From Octopus bimaculoides (lineage: Eukaryota): DNA of 64,000 nt. A program made the translations under genes and the position numbers. Of the stretch, positions 25,145 through 37,630 are shown piece by piece. The stretch covers positions 22,499,613 to 22,563,612 of the forward strand of contig NC_069001.1 of NCBI RefSeq assembly GCF_001194135.2. Direction: 5' to 3'. A model generated the notes under the pieces. The model saw only the letters and a program-made list of their open reading frames with translations, was not told the origin of the DNA and ran no database searches. Every line of letters starts with the position of its first letter. Position 1 is the stretch's first letter.

Positions 25145-25480
25145 CAGGCGCAGATGTGGCTGTGTAGTAAGAAGCCTGCTCAGTTCCGAGCTCAGTTCCA
25201 CCTTGTGGCACATTGCGCAAGTGTCTTTAACTTGCCGACTAAAGCCTTGAGTGAAACTGAAAGAAGCCCGTCGTATAGATATATGAGTGCTTTCCTCCGC
25301 CACCACTTGAAAACTGGTATTTGACAACCGGTGTATTTACGTCCATGTAACTTAGTGGTTGGACAAGAGAGATCTTAGAATAAGCACTATGCTTAAAAAT
25401 AAAGGACTGGGGTCAATTCTTCAAGGCGGTGCCCCAACACGGCCACAGTAAAATGGCTGAAACATGTAAACGATAAAAGA
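25145..25480 (+). mobile_element. SINE family A, deleted variant with almost no internal microsatellite
   Basis: aggcgcagatgtggctgtgtagtaagaagc..gaaactgaaagaagcccgtcgtat..ggcggtgccccaacacggcc. Confidence 0.8.
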
Positions 25481-25803
25481 TATATATGGCTGCTAAGAGA
25501 TATGTAGTCATTCAGTAAATTCCGTAAAGCTATTTTACTCAAAGTCTTAAAAAATGTAAAATTATTTTATTATCTATATTTAGTAATTTGTTTTGAGTGT
25601 AAATTGAAACGATTGTAGGCAATGTTAATTAATTAAAGGTAATTTGTATCCTTTATATCGCTCCATTTTCTTACTTAATATTTGACATTTGTATAATATA
25701 TTTATCGAAGAATTATATCTTCAAAATATAATACACTAAGCCAGTGCCTCCTGGATAAAACTATCCCTGTAAGAGGTTTATATATCCTCATAATGACTGT
25801 ATC

Positions 25804-26185
<382 letters not shown>

Positions 26186-27466
26186 GATAAATTTCTCTAT
26201 TTACATAATATCGAGGTCCCTTTCTTTTGTTGTCTTACCTTTTCTATTAATATATATATATATATATGTGTGTGTGTGTTTTAGTTTTGTAGTTGGTTTG
26301 TCAGATTCTTGATGTGCACGTGTGTGCTGAAAAAGATCTTGTATCTCAGGAAGTTCATTATGCAAATAATAAACACTCATACTTGTTCTATTTCACTGCT
26401 TTTGTTATTAGTCACCCAGTTAATCATTTAACCAATTTACAAATCAATTACTTGGTTAATCGTTCAGTCACTCGTTCACTCAGGTAGGTATGTCAGATTC
26501 TTTCCGTTGCCATTTGTGACCTCAATGACGTTACCTTGGCAACATATCTACTTCACCACAGTTTCGAATCCCACACACTAGTTACAGGAAAATCCAAGGC
26601 TCCTATCGAGAACAATCTTCTGTGCCTTTTTCTAATATTTTGAATTTACTATCATTAATGTTTTTTTTTTACCCGATAACTGCTATATATCAATGGTTTG
26701 TTATGTCTGCAGATTGTGAAAATGAATATGCAAGGTTTGAGGATTTCTCAGTTCCTTATACCCATGGCAATTGATAAAACCGAACAATAATTACAAGTGT
26801 TCCAGATGAGACCATTCCTTTCTGAAAAGTATTCTAAGTCTATATTGCTTCATCTAGCTTTCTTTGTGTAAAATTGCAAGGTATGATCTGGAGGAAATTC
26901 GGCTGCTATTTCTTGTATGTCGAGTAACCATATTGAGGTTCTTTTATAGTTTTGACATGTGATGTCTATGTGTTACGTAAAATAAAATAGTTACAACCAG
27001 GAAATTAAATTGAATCATCGGCACAGCTTGTCAAAATCTTATTTTCGTCAAATAAATATGAAAGAAAAATAAAAAATAAAAACGTAAAGTTTATTTTTGA
27101 AATGTCAGCAAATAAATAATAATCTATTTTGAAGTCAAATAATCTATATTCTGATATTTGAAGCACAGAGAGTTTGGACTTAATTTCCTTCGAATAAAAA
27201 AAATAATGGAATAAATCAAATATATTGAATTGAAAAAGAACAAAGAAACATATAGCAGAGGATAAAACAAAAAACGAAAACAAAATTTGTTTGTTTTCTT
27301 GTTCTTTCAGTTAAATGACTGTCCTTTTCTTGTCTCTTCTGCTACAATGGTGTTGGATGTTTCTGAATTCATATATTAATTATTGGAGCTCTTTTCGGGT
27401 TTCTTATTTCTCTCCTCATATATGACTAAGTGCTCAAACAAACATCTTCATTCGATACAAATGCTA

Positions 27467-27681
27467 TTACTCTTCAACCATAGGTAGAAGTAAGTCACTT
27501 GCACTCAGCCATACTTCTAGAAGCCATAATGGTTGTCTTATAGATTGTCTGGTGGCAATCCTGTTAAAATGTATAAAACAGCTGGTATTTTTAGTCTTGC
27601 AACAATGAATGAACTTCTTTAGTTCCTGTGGAACAAAGGGAAGATCCAACATAATGTACATGTTGCAAACATCGTCTGCAT
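27467..27681 (-). CDS. Candidate exon (ADDVCNMYIMLDLPFVPQELKKFIHCC...)
   Basis: Acceptor ttccctttctttttag immediately upstream; about 70 open codons in one frame; no homolog recognised. Confidence 0.25.
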
Positions 27682-27779
27682 CTAAAAAGAAAGGGAAAAC
27701 CGACCTTGTGACAAATATAAAGTGAATTTCATTATGCTCATCGTGGATATATTCTTGGCACAGGTATTGCTTGACCGTC

Positions 27780-27940
27780 TACATTCTATATATTCTTTTA
27801 CTCTTTTACTCTTTTACCCGTTTCAGTCATTTGACTGTGGCCATGCTGGAGCACCGCCTTTAGTCGAGCAAATCGACCCCAGGACTTATTCTTTGTAAGC
27901 CTAGTACTTATTCTATCGATCTCTTTTGCCGAACTGCTAA
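27780..27940 (-). mobile_element. SINE family A 3' half, truncated by the HHR inverted repeat
   Basis: The family A tail breaks at ctgctaagt, where the 149-bp arm begins. Confidence 0.85.
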
Positions 27941-28029
27941 GTGGACTTCTCAAAATAAACACATTTTTAGTACCGAATGCGAGGAAACACAACCAACAGA
28001 AGAAAGCCACCTTTCTGTTAAATAACTCA

Positions 28030-28091
28030 ACTATGTATCGACCGATTTCGCGATTACTAGAATGAATCTAGACTCCGCTCATCAGCATAGT
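28030..28091 (-). ncRNA. Type-I hammerhead ribozyme with intact core
   Basis: ACUAUG-CUGAUGA-GCG..CUAGA/UCUAG..CGC-GAA-AUCG GU CGAU-A-CAUAGU: 6-bp stem I, G10.1-C11.1, A15.1-U16.1, AUA cleavage triplet. Confidence 0.88.
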
Positions 28092-28692
28092 ATTGCTTAT
28101 GAAAAACATATACAAATAANNNNNNNNNNNNNNNNNNNNNNNNNNNNNNNNNNNNNNNNNNNNNNNNNNNNNNNNNNNNNNNNNNNNNNNNNNNNNNNNN
28201 NNNNNNNNNNNNNNNNNNNNNNNNNNNNNNNNNNNNNNNNNNNNNNNNNNNNNNNNNNNNNNNNNNNNNNNNNNNNNNNNNNNNNNNNNNNNNNNNNNNN
28301 NNNNNNNNNNNNNNNNNNNNNNNNNNNNNNNNNNNNNNNNNNNNNNNNNNNNNNNNNNNNNNNNNNNNNNNNNNNNNNNNNNNNNNNNNNNNNNNNNNNN
28401 NNNNNNNNNNNNNNNNNNNNNNNNNNNNNNNNNNNNNNNNNNNNNNNNNNNNNNNNNNNNNNNNNNNNNNNNNNNNNNNNNNNNNNNNNNNNNNNNNNNN
28501 NNNNNNNNNNNNNNNNNNNNNNNNNNNNNNNNNNNNNNNNNNNNNNNNNNNNNNNNNNNNNNNNNNNNNNNNNNNNNNNNNNNNNNNNNNNNNNNNNNNN
28601 NNNNNNNNNNNNNNNNNNNNNNNNNNNNNNNNNNNNNNNNNNNNNNNNNNNNNNNNNNNNNNNNNNNNNNNNNNNNNNNNNNNNNNNNNNNN

Positions 28693-28751
28693 ATGCTGAT
28701 GAGCGGAGTCTAGATTCATTCTAGTAATCGCGAAATCGGTCGATACATAGT
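28693..28751 (+). ncRNA. Type-I hammerhead ribozyme, inverted twin of 28030-28091 (5' stem I partly in the gap)
   Basis: CUGAUGA 28696-28702, GAAA 28732-28735, predicted cleavage after A28745. Confidence 0.82.
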
Positions 28752-28909
28752 TGAGTTATTTAACAGAAAGGTGACTTTCTTCTGTTGGTTGTGTTTCCTC
28801 GCATTCGGTACTAAAAATGTGTTTATTTTGAGAAGTCCACTGTGTGGCATTATTATTCTGTAGTAATGCCCCTTATATAAATATAAACGTATATATGTAA
28901 GTACGTACG

Positions 28910-28945
<36 letters not shown>

Positions 28946-28974
28946 AGTATGTATGTACGTATGTATATATACTC

Positions 28975-29130
28975 ATCATCATCATCATCATTTAACATCT
29001 GTTTTCCAGTTGACATGGGTTCGAAAGTTCGATAGGAGATGGTAATGCTGGAGCCGCATTAGGCTCCATTTTCTACTCAGGCACGCTTTCTCCGGATGGT
29101 GGCCCTTCCTAACGGCAACCACTTTACAGT
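28975..29130 (-). mobile_element. SINE family C
   Basis: (cat)n-ttaacatctgttttcca..cccttcctaacggcaaccactttacag is the reverse complement of the family C 3' part. Confidence 0.7.
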
Positions 29131-29412
29131 GGAGATACACACACACACACACATACATGCATACATAAATACATACATATATACATGCAGACAGACAGAC
29201 AGATAGACAGACACTCACTTGCTCTCTCTCTCTCTCTCCCCCTCTCTCTCCCCCTCTCTCTCCCCCTCTCTCTCCTCTTTTAGTTTCTTATATACAAATA
29301 GGTATGACTGAAATGTTAAATTTAGCTTAAGATGGTTAGTCATTAGAGCACAGTTCAACTACATGTACACGCACGCGCACACACATACACACACACACAT
29401 ATGTATCTCTAT

Positions 29413-29990
29413 TGCGAGGGGTATCTGAGGATACAAAATTATCAGTACCAATTAAAAGAAGATTTTTTTCCTTCAGTTACCCTATTGCTAATGAAATACT
29501 TTCACGTAAAGTGAAGATCTTTTGTACACAAAGTTCGGATCGAGTTGGAGACGTCTGACAAAATTGTTTAAATTGTATGAAAGTGAAAAAAATTCTAAAC
29601 CTTCAGGCCCTAAAAGGAAGCCATAATTCCTCTATGGGATTTAATATATTGTCACGGATGATCATGGAACGTTAACGAGGGTCATTAACAAAGAACTTCA
29701 ACAGTTGGAGTGAACTATCAAAACTGTGGTGCACGAGGACATTCGATACAAATTGTATACGCTGAGGAGGGGCTAATTCATATCTTCAAAGACACAGGAA
29801 AACCATTTGATGTGTTCCGAGCGTATACTTAAAACGATTAAAATCTCTCACAAATACATGTTTTTGTTCTTCTCTTAAGAGAAAAACTTCGACGAAGACC
29901 AAACATCTAGAGGGGAAAGAATGACAGATAGTCGTTTGAAGACCATTCTGATTTCTCCGGAATGATACAGACAACGTTTCTAGGAACTCA
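29413..29990 (+). mobile_element. Tc1/mariner-superfamily maT (DD37D-like) transposase relic
   Basis: TIKTVVHEDIRYKLYTLRRG.FISSKTQENHLM..FLFFS.EKNFDEDQ. Confidence 0.78.
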
Positions 29991-30009
29991 AATGAGTTTA
30001 GTAATAATC

Positions 30010-30140
30010 CTTTTTACAAGGCCTGAAATTTTGCGGGAGTGGACTTGTCGATTATATTGACCCCAGAGTTCAATCGGTACTTAATTTATCAGCCCAGAAA
30101 AGATGACAGGCAAAATCGACCTTGGCGAAATTTGAACCAT
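30010..30140 (-). mobile_element. SINE family B fragment
   Basis: gtcgattatattgacccc..ggtacttaatttatc..aggcaaaatcgaccttggcgaaatttgaac. Confidence 0.75.
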
Positions 30141-30224
30141 GATTCAATCAATATCGTGACAATAACATGATCTCACTTTAGCTGTTGGTACATTTGTATT
30201 TCACTATATAATCAGTGAACTTAT

Positions 30225-30470
30225 TTAGTTCATTCCTTTTCCGTTTATGTGAGGACAGCCTGATGAATTACTTCGTCTCTTTAGTTTCTTTTTTCTCTCA
30301 AAACTTCCAATATAGATATAGGACCCAGAATGATATATTGTATATACATTTAATATATAATATTTCCATCGTAGTTCCGTATCAGTGAACTGATCTATTG
30401 CCATGAATTGTACATCTTCATCGTAGTGTGATTGAGCAGTAAATAACCAGTCGTTATGTTGTCCATGTAA
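30225..30470 (-). CDS. Candidate exon (LHGQHNDWLFTAQSHYDEDVQFMAIDQFTDTELRWKYY...ERKKKLKRR)
   Basis: Long polypyrimidine tract with TAG at 30471-30520, 81 open codons in phase 0, possible donor A|GTAATT after 30272. No ATG start, so it is absent from the ORF track. Confidence 0.3.
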   Translation of the reverse strand, partial: LHGQHNDWLFTAQSHYDEDVQFMAIDQFTDTELRWKYYILNVYTIYHSGSYIYIGSFERKKKLKRRSNSSGCPHINGKGMN

Positions 30471-32737
30471 CTAATTTCATTTAAATCAGAAAGAAAGAAC
30501 GAAGAAAGAATAAGAGAAAAACAATATTCATTCGCAGTTTTAAGCATGCATCGGAACAATTCTAAATAAAACCAATTCATCTCCTTTTTTTCTGCTAAGG
30601 CAAAAACAGTTCGAGTTCAAATTCAAATGTGTAGCGGAAAATTTTCAGCATTAGCCTTGTCCTTCCAGTGCCAACCACACTTTGTATGTATATAAGTTAC
30701 ATAATAATACTTAAAAAATTTAACAAAATCTTAACAAACTGAAAATTCGTAGCTAATTTCTCATCAGTCAACATCCAAAAAGTCCTTACAAATTCGTGCT
30801 TTTAACGTTGATGTTGTTCACTTTTGGTAGTGTTACGCACTCCTTATTTTTATAGCCATTTTGTAAAATATTCTTGGAATGCTTTTTGTGCAACGTCTAT
30901 TTCTGTCTCTTTCTTTACCTTTATTTTACATTCCTCTCGCTCTCTCTCTCTAATACTCTCCTCTGTTGCTTCTGTCCCTCCACCCTCCACAACTCTTTCT
31001 CTCTCCTCCCACTAATACGTGATCACCTAAACTTCTCTCATCCATTTTTCGCTTTGCCGTTGGCCAGGTCGATCACGCTTCTTTGCGCTCCTACACGGTT
31101 TATTTCTTCTTTCCTTCTGATTTTCCATCTGCTCTTCTCTCGTCTTTAGTCCTACAGGATATTTTCATTTTCCTTTGCGTTACCCCACAGTCGGCTATCT
31201 GGCAGCGGCAAGATTTTTTTGTTGTATATGTATATGTATAATTATTATAACTAGTTTTTGTTGTGTTTGTTTTCGTCATTGTCCTGTATGTTCGTTAGCT
31301 ATTCCCAGTGGCTTTTTGCTACTGGCGCAATCAGAAGTGAACAGTATCAACGTTGAAAGGCGTGACATTGTAAGGATCTTTTAGACGTTGACGGAGGAGG
31401 TATTAGCTACGAACGTTCCCCTTGTTATGTTTTTGTTAAATTTTTCAAATATTATTTGTGTAACACTACGCACACCTTATATTTTTTACTTATATATATA
31501 TATATATGCATGTATATATATGAGAGAGAGAGAGAGAGAGAGGATTGTATTGATGTTGATTAAAAACATCGACAGTATGGCGAAGGAATATCCCTCAGGA
31601 GAGTGAAGCTTTATCACATTTGTATTGGCATGAGGAATGCTCCCCTCAGGTATTTTTATTCAGACTAATAATTGATATCCATAATCAGCATTATCATATT
31701 GCATCTCCTTCTACAAATATTCTCATCTTATATAACTAAAACATATCCGCTGCCTTCACCACTTTAACGATTCGTCCAGCATAATTTGCCTTTTTCTGTA
31801 TTATTACCGGATCTCATTGGAGTTACCCCGTTTGCTTGTTTACAATTGTTAACTACCCACAGAGGAAGTAGTTTTCTCCTAATTACTTAGGAAACCCCAG
31901 TTAAATTTTTTTAATCATTTTGACTGCCCACATTAAGTAAAAACTCAGTGTCCTTGGTAGCAGTAATTTCATGCATAGATATTCGCCAACTATAATTGAA
32001 CGCTTTGACAGAATTATGGCCCCGTTGAAGATCATTTCAATGGAAGATCACCAGCAGACAACTTGTGCATAACGAACAGGACGCTTGTGATTTGTAGCCC
32101 ACCATCACATTAATGCTATAGCCTCCTACTGTATAGGAATTGTCGCTACCAGTCACCTCCACATGTAATATACAAATAACCTTAGGGTTTCTTACTCGCT
32201 ATGTTTTATTGCATCTGAATTTTACATTACCAGAGTAATACAACTGTGTTAAACAGAATAACTAAGAGAAGAGAAATTAAATCGAAATTTGCCTTAAGGA
32301 TTAAACAACAGCAAGAGCCTTGTTCAAACATAACAAGAGTGAGGCCCAAGCATTAGACCTTACGGAGGCTATGTCAATAAAGTCTTTGTTTCCTATTATA
32401 CAAATTCCTCTAATGGTGCTTTAATTGATTCAAAATGCTAAGTTTAGTTGCTGCTCATGAATTGTTTTTATGCTGTGCAATTATCTGGCATTTGATTAAT
32501 ATTTACTTGGCATTGTCAACACTAACATTGACTCATTCGTTTGGAAATGTTAACATTGTCTTTAACTCAGTTGAAAAACGCCTTCACGTTCTTTTTATTG
32601 TCTGAAATAGTCACAAACATACTACCATGATTTGTTTAAAGTACATTGAAAAGAGCTAATGCCTCTTATTTCAATGACTCTGTGGAATTAATGGTTGTAA
32701 ACTGTACAACCATTACTTTCTCAGCTTAATGTACAAT

Positions 32738-32990
32738 GTGGAGGTGCATGGCTTAGTGGTTAGGGTGTCAGCATCATGATCGTAAGATTGTGGTTTCGAT
32801 TCCTGGACCGGGCGACGCGTTGTGTTCTTGTGTAAAACACTTCATTTTACGTTGCTTCAGTCCACTCAGCTGGCAAAAATGAGTAGCGCTGCGATGGACT
32901 GGCGTGCCGTCCAGCTGGGGAACACATACGCCATTGAAACCGAGGAAGCCGGGCTCATGAGCCTGGCTAGGCTTTAAAAGGGCGCATTTT
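32738..32990 (+). mobile_element. tRNA-derived SINE family D, short form
   Basis: A-box TGGCTTAGTGG, B-box-like GTTTCGATTCC, central ttgtgttcttg..cagtccactcagc, and GCGATGGACTGGCG..GTCCAG. Confidence 0.82.
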
Positions 32991-33084
32991 TTAAAATTTT
33001 AATCTACAATATTTGTACGATTATCATCTTTATTAAGCTACTACTTGTATCCAAAATGATTTTTTTATTATCTTATTTTGATTA

Positions 33085-33525
33085 GAAGTGACGAACTGAC
33101 AGAATCATTAGTGCATTGGACAAATTTCCTAGCAGCATTTTTTCTGGCTCTTTAAATACTGATTTCAAATCCTACTCAGGTCAGCTTTGCTTTTCATCCT
33201 TTCTGGGTTGATTAAATAAAGGACCGGATAAGTACTGGGGTTGATGTCATAGACCTGCTCTCCTCAAAACTGCTGCTTTTATTCCAAAATTAGGCGGCTT
33301 TAAAGACGGCGAGCTGGCAAAATCGTTAGTCCGTCTAATAAAACGCTCAGTAACATTTTTTTCCTGCTGTTTATGTTTTGGGTTAAAATCCCACCAAGGT
33401 CAAATTTACTTTACATCCTTTCGGAGTCGATAAGATAAATACCAGTTAAGCAGTGTGGCCGATGTAATCGATTTACTTTCTTCCCCTAAAATTACTGGCT
33501 TGTGCCAAAGTTAGAAAGAGTTATT
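33085..33525 (+). mobile_element. Two tandem diverged family B SINEs (33085-33290, 33303-33525)
   Basis: Both show the ..gaatc(a/g)ttag..tttgc(t)tttcatcctttc..aagtactggggttgatgt pattern. Confidence 0.75.
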
Positions 33526-34111
33526 GCATTTTGATTATCGACTCTTTATAACAATCAACAAAACATTGTCATTGCCTCCTCAACAAATATTGATTTCTAG
33601 TATAAACACAAGAAAGATTTGGAATAAGAATAACCTATAATAGTTGATAAGTACTTTATTTTTATTTACCATTCGTTCTCCAGAAGGATGAGTCATAAAT
33701 GTTTTTGATCATAAGCCAGCCAATCAGATATGACTTGAAGCTAAACAACATCACCATTAGAAACAATCAGCTAAAGTGTGAACCTCTATGGAGGTAAACT
33801 ATCCGATAGATATAGCAGTCGAATCTTTCTTAAATAACAACTCAGCTTACGATAAAAAAAGTAAACTCTTGAGAATATATCGTTAGATATTAGAAAATTA
33901 CCATTTTCAAATCTCACAACGTGAGATATTCAGCAACAGTACTTTGTAGTAAAGATTGTTTGCCAACATAACATGGCAGTCCTGGTTTAGGACTAATGTT
34001 GCTGTAATTTAGCCCCAGGAGACAACGTCTCCAGCTTGCTGTACTACACGATCTGTGTCCTTATATTTTCGAACAAGAGAATCTAGCATTCCTACTCAGC
34101 TCAAAACAATA

Positions 34112-34156
34112 TCTGTGTATCGCGATTTCTGGGTTATTTCCTTTCATCAGCACAGA
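34112..34156 (-). ncRNA. Minimal type-I hammerhead, intact core, weak stem II
   Basis: UCUGUG-CUGAUGA-AAGGAAAUAACCCA-GAA-AUCGCGAU-A-CACAGA: 6-bp stem I, palindromic stem III, AUA triplet. Confidence 0.75.
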
Positions 34157-34258
34157 ATAATTGCTCGGCTATCCTTAGATACATTCCACAATGCAACCTC
34201 GTGGATAGCGTTGGCGATTTTTTCTTCCTCCGTCTTCCCTTCTTTGGACTTTCCTATG

Positions 34259-34291
34259 TTTCCGACGAAGAGCTCCGCTCGAAACGTCAAA
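34259..34291 (+). ncRNA. Minimal hammerhead-like motif with U4C substitution
   Basis: UUU-CCGACGA-A-GAGC UCC GCUC-GAA-ACGU-C-AAA; GUC triplet. Confidence 0.55.
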
Positions 34292-34414
34292 TTCTCTTTT
34301 TTTCCTTTCCTGAGCGTCCATTAACACTATATCTGTATCACGTTCTCGCGTTGTTGTTTTTATTGTCGTTTTTCTTTTTTGAACGCATTATCCTTAGATA
34401 TCTTGGTTTCAAAC

Positions 34415-34617
34415 TTTGGCACTAGGCTAGTAATTTCGGGGGAGAGGCAGGTCGATTACATCGATCTCAATACTTAGCTGGTACCTATTCTATCGACACC
34501 AAAAGGGATGAAAGGTAAAGTCAACTTCAGCAATTTGAACTCAGAACATGCAGACAGATGAAATATCACTAAGCATTTTGCTCGGGGTGCAAACGATTCT
34601 GCCAGCTCACCGCCTTA
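34415..34617 (-). mobile_element. SINE family B
   Basis: Reverse complement of the family B head (..gccagctcaccgcc) and body. Confidence 0.85.
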
Positions 34618-34904
34618 ATATAGCTTTAGATAGATCACCTGAAGAAAAATGATATGATCAGTGCTGCGATGCTGCTAATCTTACTTTAGCTTCATGAGAG
34701 GAGATGTAAGTGGGAGTGAATAAAGCAGTTAAACGATGATGGGAAGCCTAATGAATTGCAGACAAACATTCGATGAGCTACAAATAGATATACTGGTTTT
34801 CTGAAACATGAAACACAAGGAATTGAAATTTATATTTATCTCTTGCAATCATGTGATAACTCGAAGCCATTTCTTTCTTCTATTAAATATATTAAATATA
34901 TCAA

Positions 34905-35270
34905 ATAGGCTGTGTGGTTAAAAGTTCGATTTGCAACCAAATAGTTTCAAGTTCATTCCTACCGCATGACACCCTCGGCAAGTGCCTTCTACTATAGCCC
35001 CGGTTCGACCAATACCTAGTGAGTGAATTTAGTAGATGGAAACTGTGCGTAATACACACACACATAATACGTACACATATGCATCATTGTTTTTGTTTGA
35101 CTCCTCCACATCGCTGGACAACCAGTGTTGGCTTATTTACATTCTCACTAATTAGCGGTTCGGCAAAAGACACCAATAGAATAAGTACCACGCTCAAAAC
35201 ATAAGTTCTGAGGTCAATTTGTTCGATTAAACCCTTCAAATCAGTCTACTGAGTGAAACAAGTAAAATAT
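34905..35270 (+). mobile_element. SINE family A
   Basis: ggctgtgtggttaaaag..gcaagtgccttctactatag..gcggttcggcaaaaga..agtgaaacaagtaaaa. Confidence 0.82.
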
Positions 35271-36399
35271 AAAAGGCATTATCGGTTATATACTCTTTCC
35301 TTTAATAGTTTCAGTTATTGAGCTGCGATCATGCTTCAGCAATGCATACAACGGCTTTTGCTTAGTTCTACTAAGCTCAGTACTTCCTTTACACTGTTCA
35401 TTATGTGGTCAATGTCTATTGAATTATTCAGTAAATTTAACAGAAATGTAAGCAACTCGACGCCGTTCATTGTATATCGTATATTTCTGTAGAGATTGCA
35501 TCACAGGTTCAGCAACTCTACTAAACGTATGGTTACTAAATCTAAGGTTACAATAAAAGGTACCGTGCGGAGTGGTTAAATTCAGAACCACATGAGTACG
35601 AAGCAAGCTTTTAGTCACTTTGTTTTGTCAACATATCCGTTTGTCTTAATCTCTAACGTTTTATTTTGTTGCATATCTTATAATTCTAAATAAATAAATC
35701 CAAATCTGAATTAGAAACAGCGCTAGCACTGTAACTGTTTCGAACACACGTACTGAATGCGTAATTTGCTTGTTCGTCGATAGGCTGTGAAATAGCGCGT
35801 TGGAGATGACTCTCTCAAACCGTCGGGTGTTAAAACACCGAAAAGCCATAGCCAAGTGAGACAACTCACCCCATTCAGGAGTGATGGATAGGGATGTTTC
35901 ACCATTTTTGTGACATATAAGCATCACATACCTGAACCGAATCGGAGGCGAACTGAGTCGCCACACCATGACTAGATACAAATAACGTAACAAACCATTT
36001 GCTGGTATAGCCCGACGATTTTAACGTAAAAATGAATTAAAATATGAACTCGAAGCAACACTAGTGGCGTAAACCATTATCAAACACAAATAAATAAATA
36101 TAAATCTTATATCTTATAATTCTAAAATACAAACATTTGAAAAGAATTTGATTGTTGAATAGAAATTAAATTGGTTCTTTAGAGAAAATTCATAAATTCA
36201 ACATTGTAGATTGCAAATGAATTACGAAAAGTTTGTGGTATTTTTAAATAAATGTTTAATCGATCAGATTTCTAGTAAAAGTCAGAATTGAGAAATATTC
36301 TGCAGTTTTGTTGAAAAAAAAAAACAGGTAAATTTTTAGTTGGAAATAATTTCCACAAAAACGGATTTTTAAAAATCTTTTATTTTTTATTTGCCTCAC

Positions 36400-37010
36400 A
36401 CAATGGGCTGCGGTCATGTTGGGGCGCAACCTTGAAGGGTATACTGGAACAAATTTAGTCCAGGACTTGTTCTATAGATCTCCTTGGCCATACTGTTAAG
36501 TTCCGGGAACATAAAACAACACCGGTTGTCATTGATGCCGTGGGGGCAGAACAAATACAAACTCAAAGACTCATCTCCCTCTCTGTCTGTCTGTCTGTTT
36601 GTCCCCCCCCCNNNNNNNNNNNNNNNNNNNNNNNNNNNNNNNNNNNNNNNNNNNNNNNNNNNNNNNNNNNNNNNNNNNNNNNNNNNNNNNNNNNNNNNNN
36701 NNNNNNNNNNNNNNNNNNNNNNNNNNNNNNNNNNNNNNNNNNNNNNNNNNNNNNNNNNNNNNNNNNNNNNNNNNNNNNNNNNNNNNNNNNNNNNNNNNNN
36801 NNNNNNNNNNNNNNNNNNNNNNNNNNNNNNNNNNATATATATGAATACGAATAATAGGCTTCTACACAGTTTCCGTGAGGAAATTCACACACAAGGTATT
36901 AGTCGGCCCCGTGATATAGTAGAAGACACTTGTACAAGGTTCTACACAGTTGGGCTGAACCGAAACCATTGGTTGCAAAACCAATTTCTGAACCACAGAG
37001 CTGTGCCTGC
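36400..37010 (-). mobile_element. SINE family A spanning an N-gap at its internal microsatellite
   Basis: 3' half at 36400-36611 and 5' half at 36835-37010 flank 223 N. Confidence 0.78.
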
Positions 37011-37039
37011 ACTGATAAAAATATTAAGAAATTGATTGG

Positions 37040-37272
37040 AGCCTGAAATTTGTGGGAGAGGATGAGTCGATTACATCGACCCCAGTGTTTCACTGGTACT
37101 GAATTTATTCACCCCGAATGAATAAAAGGCAAAGTCAACCTCGGTAGAATTTGAACTCAGAACGTCGCGACGGCCGAAATATCGCTAAGCATTTCATCCA
37201 GTGTGCTAACAACTCTGCCATATCGTCATTATAATAATAATAATAATGATAATAATAATAATAACAATAAAG

Positions 37273-37311
<39 letters not shown>

Positions 37312-37630
37312 GAGCACCACAGCAAACCACAGCACATACCCAAGGCGCACAGAGCTGCGCTCGGTAGTGAAGTGAAAGCACGTTATAAAAATAAAACTAC
37401 TGAATAATAATAATAATAATAATCCTTTCTACTAAAGGCACAAGGCCTGAAATTTTGCAGGAGGGGACTGGTCGATTACATCTGTATTTCACTAGCACTT
37501 ATTTTCTCGACCTCGAAAGGATTAAAGGCAAAGTCGACCTCGGTGGAATTATAACTCAGAACATAAAGATGGATGAAATACCGCTAGGCATTTTGCCAAG
37601 CGTGCTAACAAATCTGCCAGTTCATCACCT
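37040..37630 (-). mobile_element. Two family B SINEs (37040-37225, 37420-37630) flanking (AAT)n tails and a short unassigned repeat
   Basis: Reverse-complement family B motifs; (AAT)n at 37230-37310 and 37405-37422. Confidence 0.78.

Noticed and set aside
30740-30770. CUGAUGA..CGAAU on the minus strand, and other isolated CUGANGA hits (2220, 22698, 30260, 62119)
   Set aside because: No properly placed GAAA with stems I-III.
33685-33793. Segment with good acceptor and donor
   Set aside because: All three entry frames hit stops within a few codons.
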